Assembly (NCBI GenBank): GCA_965261085.1
Contig: OZ253442.1
Location: forward strand, 1-64,000
Length of the DNA stretch: 64,000 nucleotides
Origin: a bacterium
GTDB taxonomy: Bacteria > UBA8248
Reading direction: 5' to 3'
This document shows positions 29,764-38,552 of the stretch, in pieces. The notes beneath the pieces are model-generated. The model worked only from the letters and a program-made list of their open reading frames with translations. It made no database searches and was not told the origin of the DNA. The position numbers and the translations under genes are program-made. Each line of letters begins with the position of its first letter. Within the stretch, counting starts at the first letter, position 1.

Positions 29764-31807
29764 GCTCCATCCACTCTTCCTGGAAAGAAAAATTCTCGAT
29801 GGTGACGGCGCCCGTGGGACAACGCTGGGCGCAGAGCGAACAACGGATGCACGCATCCGGATCCATGATCATGGCCGCGCCTATCCCCGCCTCTCCGGCG
29901 CCTGCGGCGGACGTTCCATAACGGGCACCGATTAAAGCCGCCAAGTCCTCTCCTCCCTGAAGGGCTTCCAGGGGAACCATTCGCAGGCAGCGCGACGGGC
30001 AGACGTCCACACAACCGCCGCACAGTATACACTTGGCGCCATCGAAGATCGGGTTTGCGCTGCAACGCAGACACCGGAGTCCCTGATCCACCGCTTCCCC
30101 GGGCGAATAACCCAGTTCCACCTCGGCGACACCGATTCTCCGCTCAATGGGCAGCGCGTCGGGGTTTCGCCGGGAGGCTGTCTGGTAGCCGGGATTGATG
30201 ACGGGAAGGGAAAATCCATCTCCCGGCTCGTGAAGCAGCGCTTGCCGCAAGGGCTCGATGGGGGCCCACTGGAAATCGGTCTGGACGTTGACTTGACCGC
30301 CTGAAAGATAAGTGTGAATGGAGCGAGCGGCCCGGTGGCCGTTTTCCACTCCTTCGATGAATATGCGGGGGCCCATGGCGACGTCTCCTCCCGCGTACAC
30401 GCCCGGAGCGGTTGTGGCCAGGGTTTCGGGATCTACGCGGATTGTCCCTCGCGGCGTCGTTTCGATGCCGTCCCCCTCACCGATCCAGGACAGGTCGGAC
30501 GACTGGCCGACGGCTACGATCACGGAATCGCAAGGAATCACGCGCTTCGTGCCGGGTCCGAATTCCGGGCTGAAGCGACCCTCTTCGTCAAAGACACGGG
30601 CGCATTTGTGGACTTCCAGCCCGACCACCCGGCCCCCGCTTTCCACAATTCGAATGGGTCCCACCCTGGGTTCGATCTCGATCCCCTCATCGAGCGCTTC
30701 CTCGATCTCGAAATCCGCCGCCGGCATCTCCTCGCGGGATTCCAGGCAGATGACGTGGACGCTCCTCGCTCCTACGCGCATCGCCTGCCGGGCCACGTCC
30801 ATCGCTTCCCGCATGAGGACGGAGTCTTCCGTCTGGTCGGCCTCGCTTGCGGGAGCGTCCGCCTGGCCGGAGACCCGGGCCGCGACCCGGGCGGCGTCCA
30901 TGGCCACGTTTCCCCCGCCGATCACGACGACTCGCTCACCCAATTCGACGCGGAAATCCAGATTCACGTTCAGCAGAAATTCGACGGCCCGGAAAACGCC
31001 GTCTGCGTCCCGCCCTTCCACGGGAAGGCTGCGGCTCACGTGGGCGCCGATGGCGATGAACACCGCTTCAAAGCCTTCCGCGCGAAGAGCGGAAAGGTCG
31101 AAGTCTCGCCCGATGGCTTTGTTCAGCCGAAGTTCTACGCCCAGGCTGAGTATGGCCTGGATCTCGGCCTGTACGAGATCCCGCGGAAGCCGATATTCAG
31201 GAACCCCGAGCATCAGCATACCTCCGGGGACTCCCTGTTTTTCGAAAACACTTACGTCATAGCCGAGCAGGGCGAGATCGTGGGCGCAAGTCAGCCCCGC
31301 CACACCCGATCCGACGACGGCCACCTTTTTCCCTGCCGTCTTTCCCTGTCGGGGCTTGCGACGGGCCGCCTCCAGCACCGAGAAATCGTTGATGGTGCGT
31401 GTGGAGGGCTGATAACGGAGGTCTCGCATACTCCTGAGACTCCGGTGCGAGAAGGAGGATTCTCCCTTCCCGGACGATAAATCGGCCTCTACTCCGTAGC
31501 GCTCCGTGACGAATCGTTTGAGCGCCCGGATAGCCACCGGCGCATCGATGTTTCCCCGACGGCAGGCCGCTTCGCATGGCGCCGCACAGACGCGTCCGCA
31601 AACCGACGCAAAGGGGTTGGGCCCCCTGGCGATGATATATGCGCGCTCGAAGTCCCCTTCGGAGATGGCGGTCACGTAACCCCGCGCGTCCGTATGGACG
31701 GGACAAGCCGCCTGACAAGAAATCGTTTCCCGCCAATGGTCGTGGCCGGGCAACTCGACCCGAAAGGAGCGCTCGGGGAGGGGAGCATCCCGATTCCCTG
31801 AACCCAT
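29756..31807 (-). CDS. FAD/NAD(P)-dependent oxidoreductase (GltD/NfnB-like) with a C-terminal 2x[4Fe-4S] domain
   Basis: CQAACP, CGRVC..PCE..C, GSGVAG, GGGNVA, CLRC, CILCGGCVDVCP and CIRCSLCAQRCP motifs. Confidence 0.9.
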   Translation of the reverse strand: MGSGNRDAPLPERSFRVELPGHDHWRETISCQAACPVHTDARGYVTAISEGDFERAYIIARGPNPFASVCGRVCAAPCEAACRRGNIDAPVAIRALKRFVTERYGVEADLSSGKGESSFSHRSLRSMRDLRYQPSTRTINDFSVLEAARRKPRQGKTAGKKVAVVGSGVAGLTCAHDLALLGYDVSVFEKQGVPGGMLMLGVPEYRLPRDLVQAEIQAILSLGVELRLNKAIGRDFDLSALRAEGFEAVFIAIGAHVSRSLPVEGRDADGVFRAVEFLLNVNLDFRVELGERVVVIGGGNVAMDAARVAARVSGQADAPASEADQTEDSVLMREAMDVARQAMRVGARSVHVICLESREEMPAADFEIEEALDEGIEIEPRVGPIRIVESGGRVVGLEVHKCARVFDEEGRFSPEFGPGTKRVIPCDSVIVAVGQSSDLSWIGEGDGIETTPRGTIRVDPETLATTAPGVYAGGDVAMGPRIFIEGVENGHRAARSIHTYLSGGQVNVQTDFQWAPIEPLRQALLHEPGDGFSLPVINPGYQTASRRNPDALPIERRIGVAEVELGYSPGEAVDQGLRCLRCSANPIFDGAKCILCGGCVDVCPSRCLRMVPLEALQGGEDLAALIGARYGTSAAGAGEAGIGAAMIMDPDACIRCSLCAQRCPTGAVTIENFSFQEEWMEHG

Positions 31808-31817
31808 TCCCGTGATC

Positions 31818-32198
31818 CTATTTCGCCAGGGTGCGGATGAATGCGACCACGTTTTGGACATCGGGGTCCGAAAGAACCCCGCCCCAGGGGGGCATCAACG
31901 GCGATTTGCCTACCGCCACGCCGCCGAGCTTGGTGATCTTGGCTATATACTCGTCCGATATGGTCTTCATATATTTGGTATCCGTGTGATTTCTCGGCTT
32001 CGGGTTGAGCGCACCGGCTGCGGGACCGTCGCCCTTGCCCGTTGGCCCGTGGCAGGAGGCGCAAAGCTGCTGGTATTTGACCTTGCCGGCCGCAGCATCG
32101 CCTTTTTGCTGAGCGGCCCCGTCATCGGAGGCCAGGAGAAAGATCGCCATTCCGAGTACGCAGCCGGCGCAGATGAAAAACCTTCTCGATCGAGACAT
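31818..32198 (-). CDS. Periplasmic monoheme cytochrome c
   Basis: Signal peptide; CASCH, GDGP and MPPW motifs. Confidence 0.92.
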   Translation of the reverse strand: MSRSRRFFICAGCVLGMAIFLLASDDGAAQQKGDAAAGKVKYQQLCASCHGPTGKGDGPAAGALNPKPRNHTDTKYMKTISDEYIAKITKLGGVAVGKSPLMPPWGGVLSDPDVQNVVAFIRTLAK

Positions 32199-32246
32199 TC
32201 GTTTTCAACCTCCCTCACGATTCTACGGGGTAAACCACCATCTCCA

Positions 32247-34913
32247 TTAAAGCGTCCGGGGAACGAAACTAAGACTCGTCAGCGAATGCTTGTGCGGAGA
32301 TTCTCCAATCTTCTTCAATCGTCCCTTACCCAGCTTATACCGATAGCGGTTGGTCAAGGGATCCGGCACCCTGTGAACCACCGAATTGGCCGGGTTTTCG
32401 GGAAAGCCGAAATAGGCGAAGGTGACGCCTGCGCGAACCGCATCCGTGACAATGGCCACTGCGGTGAAGCTCCCCTTGCTTTTCTTGATTCGTCCGGCCT
32501 TCATCAGCTCGGTGAACGTCTGCTCCTTGTCGTCGACGCCGATGTATCCTCCCGTCTGCACGAGCAGGTCGTCGTTCTCGATGGCCACGAGGTCTCCGGA
32601 CTCGATGCCTCGGGCGCTGGCGTCTTGCGGGTGAATTTCCAGGAACTGCTGCGGCCAGCGCTGCATGATGTAGGGACGCCGCTTGTCGTCGTAGCCGGAT
32701 TGCCAAAGCTCGTTTATCCGGCCGTTCGTCACCCACAGTTCGTCTCCTTGCGGAGTGACCCGATCGTAGAAATCCTTAAAATCTTCCCAGTAGCTTTTCA
32801 GCAAAACCGCCTTGCCGCTCTGGGTCCCGAAGGAGGTGAGCCATTTCCTGTGCATCGTGGGTCCTTCCGGGGTTCCCAATTCAAGGGTCTCGTCGTGTAG
32901 CCGCTTCGTCCCGACAAGTTCTCCCTTGACCATGCGGATGGGGGTTTGAATGCCGGCGGTTCCGTATTCGCGGAGCAGTTCGTGCCCTCGTTTCCCATCG
33001 CGCTTGGCCTTCACCACGAGCGGATGGTAATTGAGGACCCCTTTGCGTCCGAAGCGGGCCGCCTCCTCGAATATCTGGTTGCTGTTCTTCCAATCGAAAC
33101 CCTTGAATCCCATCTTCCTGGCGAAGGCCGCGATGATCCACCAGTCGGGCCTGGCCTCTCCGGGGGGGTCGGCGAACTTGCTGTAGAGCCTGAGACGACG
33201 CTCGCCGTTGCACCGGGTGAAGTCTTCCTCGCCCCAGGTGGCTGCCGGAAGCACCAGATCCGCATACTCCGTTCCGATCGGAGTAACAGGATAAATGTCC
33301 TGGTTGGCCACGACCATGCCGCCGGTGTCCACCCGTCTCTTTAAGGCGTTCACCGCCGTCTCGACGTCAAAGCTCTCGATCTGATGGGGATTGTTACGAG
33401 TCAATCGCTGGAAGACGCCCATCAATTCCTGGGATGCCGCCATGGCCTGACACCAGGTGGTTCCGATGACCCATGCGAAACGGACGTGGCCATCCACGAC
33501 CCACCGGTCCAGATCGATTTCCTTCTTGCGGCGTCCCGGCGCCTTCTCCGGAGACAGGTTCCTCGGATAACCGGCTGCGCCCATCCAGCCTCTTTGATGC
33601 CCCCCTCCGCGCGAGATCACACGGCCCGGTCGCGACCCGGCCCCACAAACCAGCCCGAGGGCCGCGAAGGAAGCCGTGTTCCCGAAGCTGTTGCACCAGT
33701 AATTTCCCTTCTCGAGCATGAACGAGGTTTTTTTGCGCGTCCCGTCGGGTTTGGGCTTGGCCAGGATTTCAGCGGTCTTCCGAATCGATGCCGCGGACAC
33801 ACCCGTAATCTTGGCGACTTGGTCCAACTCGGCGTAGGGATAGCTTAGAACCCACTTTTTGTAGCCCTCGAAGTCGGTCCCGTACTTACCCCAGGTCGTG
33901 ACCCACTGCCACGGCGTGTTGCGGGTTCCGCGTCCCATGCCGGCGTTGATCTCCCACTTGTTCGCCAACTTTCGCGCAATCCACTCCTTATCCTCCCAGC
34001 CGTTTTCCAGGATCAGGCGGATGATGGCCAGATGAAGTACCGTATCCGTTCCCGGAATGACGGGAAGGAAGAGACCTCCCTGTTTCTCACCGTAGACAAC
34101 GCCCGTGGTCTTCCGGGGAAGGGCGAAGATCAGTTTCTTGGCAGGCGTTTTCCCTCCCATGATCCAGGAGGTGAACAACACCGATTTGGTTTCCCACGGG
34201 TCGACGCCGGAGAAGAAGATCACTTCGGCCTCTCCCCAGTCGTCATAGGAGGCGCTGAAAGGATTGATACCGGAAAAATCGATCCCGGGCGTGTCCGGGC
34301 CGGGACCCGGCTTGTCATGCGGGGCGTAGGCCGGCGTTCCGATGGCGCGGAAAGCGAGCTTGGAGATGGCGTAGGTATTTTCGAAATACTGATAGGAATA
34401 CGTCTTCATGGCCCAGGCGTGCTCGCCGTACTTCTTGAGGACATGTTTCGAGATTCCCGCCATGACGCCCAGGGCCGTATCCCACGAAACCTCCTGGAGG
34501 GTTCCACCAACCCGCATCATCGGCTGACGCAGGCGATCCTGGGAGGGTTCGTTGGGATTAAAAAGCTTCTTGGCCAGGACGCCGCCCCGGATGGAGTGGT
34601 TCCCCCCGACGTTCACGACCTTCGAATCCTTATCGGGCATGACGATAACGTGGTGGGGGCGACCGTTGGCCATAATAATGTTGTGCATGTTCGGGCTGAT
34701 CCAGCCGCCGCTCATCATGCCGGTGGGGAAATCGACGCCCAGGGCATTCTCCCCGCCCTTGGGCCCGCCCTCGCGCCCGACCGGCCACCTGTACACCTTG
34801 TACCCGCAGCCCACGATGCAATAGTCACACACCGTGGTGAAAACCTCCGCGTCCGGCGGCGGGAGGGGGACACTGTCTTCCGCAAGGTAGTAGTTCGTTA
34901 CCTTTCTTGCCAT
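32247..34913 (-). CDS. idrA: AioA/IdrA-family molybdopterin oxidoreductase large subunit (iodate reductase IdrA-like / arsenite oxidase-like)
   Basis: C29-x2-C32-x3-C36-x70-S107 [3Fe-4S] motif; EKG, RGGGHQ, NGERR and NGR motifs; adjacent to a Rieske gene and two CcP-like genes. Confidence 0.85.
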   Translation of the reverse strand: MARKVTNYYLAEDSVPLPPPDAEVFTTVCDYCIVGCGYKVYRWPVGREGGPKGGENALGVDFPTGMMSGGWISPNMHNIIMANGRPHHVIVMPDKDSKVVNVGGNHSIRGGVLAKKLFNPNEPSQDRLRQPMMRVGGTLQEVSWDTALGVMAGISKHVLKKYGEHAWAMKTYSYQYFENTYAISKLAFRAIGTPAYAPHDKPGPGPDTPGIDFSGINPFSASYDDWGEAEVIFFSGVDPWETKSVLFTSWIMGGKTPAKKLIFALPRKTTGVVYGEKQGGLFLPVIPGTDTVLHLAIIRLILENGWEDKEWIARKLANKWEINAGMGRGTRNTPWQWVTTWGKYGTDFEGYKKWVLSYPYAELDQVAKITGVSAASIRKTAEILAKPKPDGTRKKTSFMLEKGNYWCNSFGNTASFAALGLVCGAGSRPGRVISRGGGHQRGWMGAAGYPRNLSPEKAPGRRKKEIDLDRWVVDGHVRFAWVIGTTWCQAMAASQELMGVFQRLTRNNPHQIESFDVETAVNALKRRVDTGGMVVANQDIYPVTPIGTEYADLVLPAATWGEEDFTRCNGERRLRLYSKFADPPGEARPDWWIIAAFARKMGFKGFDWKNSNQIFEEAARFGRKGVLNYHPLVVKAKRDGKRGHELLREYGTAGIQTPIRMVKGELVGTKRLHDETLELGTPEGPTMHRKWLTSFGTQSGKAVLLKSYWEDFKDFYDRVTPQGDELWVTNGRINELWQSGYDDKRRPYIMQRWPQQFLEIHPQDASARGIESGDLVAIENDDLLVQTGGYIGVDDKEQTFTELMKAGRIKKSKGSFTAVAIVTDAVRAGVTFAYFGFPENPANSVVHRVPDPLTNRYRYKLGKGRLKKIGESPHKHSLTSLSFVPRTL

Positions 34914-34925
34914 GGTGCGTCCTCC

Positions 34926-35468
34926 TCAGCGCTGCAGCGGCGCAAGGTTCGAGTGATAACCGTATATGAGGCCCATCATCCCAATCGCGTAGATGTCGTC
35001 TCCACGGGTCTCCAGAACGACCTGGGGGAGGCTTTCCGTGGCTTGCCCCGCCGCGACCATGCCGTGCTTCATCAGGTCAAAGGACGTCAGATGAAAAGGG
35101 CACGGGCCTATGGCCTTGTACTTCCCGTTGTAGGTGCCCTGGAGGGGACCCCCCATGTGAGTGCAAAGGGTGCTGAACGCCACGACGTCTCTCTTAGAAC
35201 CGACGCCGCCGCCGGCCTCGACGCCCAACTTGATCAGCATGCATCCCGAGAAGACGTCCTTCCACGGATATTGGAAGTATTGCGGCGCATCGACCTTCAG
35301 ACTGCTGAGTTTTCCGATTTTCTTGCGGGGATAACCAGCCTTTTGCAGGGCCGCCCCGGCCATACCGGGAATGCCCTGGACCAGCACCACGCTCACGGCG
35401 GCTCCGCTGGTCAGGAGAAAGGCTCGCCGGGACATGCAAGGCCGGTTTTCCTTGGCTTCCTGAGTCAT
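34926..35468 (-). CDS. idrB: AioB/IdrB-family Rieske small subunit with Tat signal
   Basis: ATG 35468 after AAGGAGG; SRRAFL twin-Arg; CTHMG, CPFH and GQAT..LPQ..GLIYG motifs. Confidence 0.85.
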   Translation of the reverse strand: MTQEAKENRPCMSRRAFLLTSGAAVSVVLVQGIPGMAGAALQKAGYPRKKIGKLSSLKVDAPQYFQYPWKDVFSGCMLIKLGVEAGGGVGSKRDVVAFSTLCTHMGGPLQGTYNGKYKAIGPCPFHLTSFDLMKHGMVAAGQATESLPQVVLETRGDDIYAIGMMGLIYGYHSNLAPLQR

Positions 35469-35478
35469 GGATTCCTCC

Positions 35479-36618
35479 TTACGGCATGGCCGCGTACGGC
35501 GGCAGTTCAGGGGGCTGGACGAGCAAAGGCTTATCGCTCGAGAGTGACTCCAGGAAGGCCAGCAGGTCCTCCTTCTCCTCGTCTGAAAGCCCCAATTTTT
35601 TGAGAAGGGGACTCTTGTTCGAGTCCTGCCCGCCTCCTTCGTTATAAAAATCAATGACCTCTTCGAGCTCGAAAAAAGCGCCATTATGCATGAAAGGGGC
35701 CGTGTATTTCAGTTCCCGGAGGCTGGGGGTGCGGAACTTCCCCCGGTCGGCTTTCCTCTTGGTGGTGTAGTAGAGCCCCAAATCCCGATCCGCCTTTCGG
35801 TACACGGATTCAGGAACCCCCCGAATCACGTGCTGAAAACGAAGCGTTATCTGCCGCAGGGGGTCTTCCTTGAACGCGGGATTTTGGGGAACGCCGATGT
35901 TGTGATAGTCATCGTCCGACAACAGGGACCCGTTATGGCACTGGACACACTGGGCCTTTCCGCGAAAAAGAGCCAAACCCCGTTTCGCGCTTTCGGAAAG
36001 CGCTTTGCGGTCTCCTTTCATGTAGCGGTCGAACGGCACGTCCTTCGCACTGGAAACCAGTGTGCGCTCGAAAGCCGAAATGGCGCGCCAGGCGTCGTCG
36101 ATGGTCGGCCAGGCGGCTCCGAATACCTCACGAAAGCGTTTGACGTACTCCGGAACCTGACGCAGACGCTCCTCCATCATCATGGTGTCGCCGTTTCCGG
36201 CCACGTTGCCGGTAGCGGCGCTCTTGGCCTGGGCTTCCAGACTCGGAACCTCGCCGGCCCAGAACAATTTTGCGTAATAGGCTGAATTCAGGATTGTCTG
36301 GGAGTTCCTCCAGTGCTGCGTGCCTGGATAGCCCCGGCTCAGATCCCCCCCGTCTCCCCAGCCGCTCTCCGGGCTGTGACAAGAGGCGCACGACGTGCTG
36401 GCATCCCCCGACAACCGGGCGTCGAAAAAGAGCAGCTTGCCCAACTCCACCTTGGCCGGAGACATGGGATTGTCCGCCGGAACCGGAACCGGCGGAAGGG
36501 GCCCCAGGGGAGGAAATTTCCCCTCCTGGGCCGAAACCGACCCTCCCATCAGAAGGGCGGCGATGAAGCAAACGGCCATTGTGGAACCCAAGAACCAATT
36601 TTTCATTCGCCCTTTCAT
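35479..36618 (-). CDS. Di-heme cytochrome c peroxidase/MauG family protein (IdrP1-like)
   Basis: LGKLLFFD.RLS, CASCH, CVQCH and FRTPSLR..APFMHNG motifs. Confidence 0.9.
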   Translation of the reverse strand: MKGRMKNWFLGSTMAVCFIAALLMGGSVSAQEGKFPPLGPLPPVPVPADNPMSPAKVELGKLLFFDARLSGDASTSCASCHSPESGWGDGGDLSRGYPGTQHWRNSQTILNSAYYAKLFWAGEVPSLEAQAKSAATGNVAGNGDTMMMEERLRQVPEYVKRFREVFGAAWPTIDDAWRAISAFERTLVSSAKDVPFDRYMKGDRKALSESAKRGLALFRGKAQCVQCHNGSLLSDDDYHNIGVPQNPAFKEDPLRQITLRFQHVIRGVPESVYRKADRDLGLYYTTKRKADRGKFRTPSLRELKYTAPFMHNGAFFELEEVIDFYNEGGGQDSNKSPLLKKLGLSDEEKEDLLAFLESLSSDKPLLVQPPELPPYAAMP

Positions 36619-36628
36619 GGCCGTCTCC

Positions 36629-37735
36629 TCAATTATCGCCTAGTTTGCGAATTGCATAATCGGGAAGTTTCGGCTCCTTCACGGAAACCGGAGAGCCGGA
36701 GAGACTTTTCAGGAATTCCACCAGGGCCTTGCGCTCATCCGCCTTGAGACCCAGGGGTTTCAGCCGCGTACTCTTGTTGGGACCGCGGCCGCCGCCCTTG
36801 TCGTAAAAGGCGACGACGTCCTCCAGCGCGGCGAATGCGCCGTTGTGCATGTAGGGAGCCGTTCGAGCGACTTCCCGCAAAGTGGGCGTTCGGAACTTGC
36901 CCCGGTCGCTCTCTTCTTTCGTCACGACGTAGAGGCCCGGATCGGCCCTGAGGTTCATGAAATTCGGAACACCGATAACCTTGTTGAACCGGCGGAAAGT
37001 GATGTGGCGCAGCGGATTCTTGAATATCTGCTCGTTTTCGGGAACGCCGAGCGCATGAAATTCGCCGTCGCTCAAAAGAGATCCGCCATGGCACTGGACG
37101 CAACCGGCCTTCCCCTGGAACAAGGCGAGTCCCTTTCGAGCCTGGGCGGAAAGGGCTTTTTTGTCGCCCTTGAGATACTTGTCAAAAGGAACGTTCCGGG
37201 AAGTGATGGTATGGAGGAACGCCGTAATGGCCTTAAGCGCCCCACCGAAGGAAGGTTCCCCTCCATACGCCTCTTTGAATTTCTTGACATAGGAGGGAAT
37301 CTGCTTGAGCCGCTCGGGAAACAACCGGCCATCGACCAGCATGAAGTGGGCCTCGGTGAGGTGATCGCGAACGAGCGTGGGCAGGTCGGCCCCGCTCAGG
37401 CGACCGTCCCAAAAGACGCGTTTGTTGTAGGCGGCGTTCAGGAGAGTTTGCGCGTTCCGAAAATACTTGCTCCCGGGATAGCCCGTGGACAGGCTCTGTC
37501 CATCACCCCATCCCTTGGCGGGTTGATGGCAGGTGGCGCAACTGATCCCCCCGTCCCCCGATAACCGGGGATCAAAGAACAGATACCGGCCCAAATCGGT
37601 CTGTGCGGGCTTCTGGGCCTTGGGCGGCGGAAGAGGCGAGAGAGAAGCCCCCCAGCCGGCGGCAGGAAGAAAAACCCAGAAGCTCAACAGGATTCCGCCG
37701 ATCACCCGACACCCGACAGCGCGAACAAGATCCAT
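36629..37735 (-). CDS. Di-heme cytochrome c peroxidase/MauG family protein (IdrP2-like)
   Basis: LFFDPRLS, CATCH, FWDGR, CVQCH and APYMHNG motifs. Confidence 0.9.
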   Translation of the reverse strand: MDLVRAVGCRVIGGILLSFWVFLPAAGWGASLSPLPPPKAQKPAQTDLGRYLFFDPRLSGDGGISCATCHQPAKGWGDGQSLSTGYPGSKYFRNAQTLLNAAYNKRVFWDGRLSGADLPTLVRDHLTEAHFMLVDGRLFPERLKQIPSYVKKFKEAYGGEPSFGGALKAITAFLHTITSRNVPFDKYLKGDKKALSAQARKGLALFQGKAGCVQCHGGSLLSDGEFHALGVPENEQIFKNPLRHITFRRFNKVIGVPNFMNLRADPGLYVVTKEESDRGKFRTPTLREVARTAPYMHNGAFAALEDVVAFYDKGGGRGPNKSTRLKPLGLKADERKALVEFLKSLSGSPVSVKEPKLPDYAIRKLGDN

Positions 37736-37808
37736 TCTTCCCTACCCCCCACGGCTAGTATTCTATACCCTATAAGATATCCGTCTCAACCGTGACGAAA
37801 ATTCGGCC

Positions 37809-38552
37809 TTATTTCGAAGAGAACGTGAAGGCGGCAGCCTCCTTTCCACCGGCGGAGATGGTGATGTTTTTCTTTTTCATCCCCAGAGCCGGATGCCACG
37901 CCCTCAGGGAGTATTTCCCCGGGGGTATATCCTTGATCTGAAAGGTCCCATCCCCGCTCATGATCGCGTAATAGGGGTTCCTGGCCACGAAGAGAAACCC
38001 CTTCATCCAGTTGTGCACGTCGCACTCGATCCGGACGATCGGGCTCCGCCGAACCTTGGCCTTACGGACGACCTTTTTCCGAAATTTGGGTTGAGAGATG
38101 TTCCACATGGACCGTTTGGAGCGTCCTATGATCTCGTAGGTGTGAATGTTGTGATGGGCGGCGTCGCTGTTCAGGATGGTGACCTTGCCCCCTTCGGCGA
38201 CTATTTGCAGGTAGGGGACATAGGCGCACTTCTTCTGGTCCACCACGACGCTCTGGATTTTCTTGGGAAAGGCCTTGCCCTGCTTGACCTTGTGGAGATA
38301 GACGATCACGCCCCGGAGAGAGCCGTCCTTCGCGTCCACCTCCTGGCGGGTGACCTGGCCCTTGCCGCAGGCGTCATGGTCCTTGGTAATGATGTATTTG
38401 ACGGGCGCGGGAGGAGCACCCTTGAAGCTCACTCGGCCGGTGATGGTCCCGCCGCTGGTGGTAGATACGACTTTATACTTTGCTGAGGAAGAGTCAGGAG
38501 AAAAAAGAAAAAGCAGGGGAAAAACGAAAAGTAAGAAGGATTTACCCATCAT
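37809..38552 (-). CDS. Secreted carboxypeptidase-regulatory-like/cupredoxin-like domain protein
   Basis: Signal peptide; GTITGRV, DQKKC, HNIH, CDVHNWM, NPYYA and PGKY..AWHP motifs. Confidence 0.75.
   Translation of the reverse strand: MMGKSFLLFVFPLLFLFSPDSSSAKYKVVSTTSGGTITGRVSFKGAPPAPVKYIITKDHDACGKGQVTRQEVDAKDGSLRGVIVYLHKVKQGKAFPKKIQSVVVDQKKCAYVPYLQIVAEGGKVTILNSDAAHHNIHTYEIIGRSKRSMWNISQPKFRKKVVRKAKVRRSPIVRIECDVHNWMKGFLFVARNPYYAIMSGDGTFQIKDIPPGKYSLRAWHPALGMKKKNITISAGGKEAAAFTFSSK

Noticed and set aside
32247-35468. Canonical arsenite oxidase aioBA
   Set aside because: The pocket motif is altered, two CcP-like genes flank it and aioXSR is absent. An Idr-like call is preferred but not proven.
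27760-35603. Long plus-strand ORFs (27760..29229, 30314..31480, 31812..32900, 34032..35603)
   Set aside because: They are antisense shadows of well-supported minus-strand genes, as expected in high-GC DNA.
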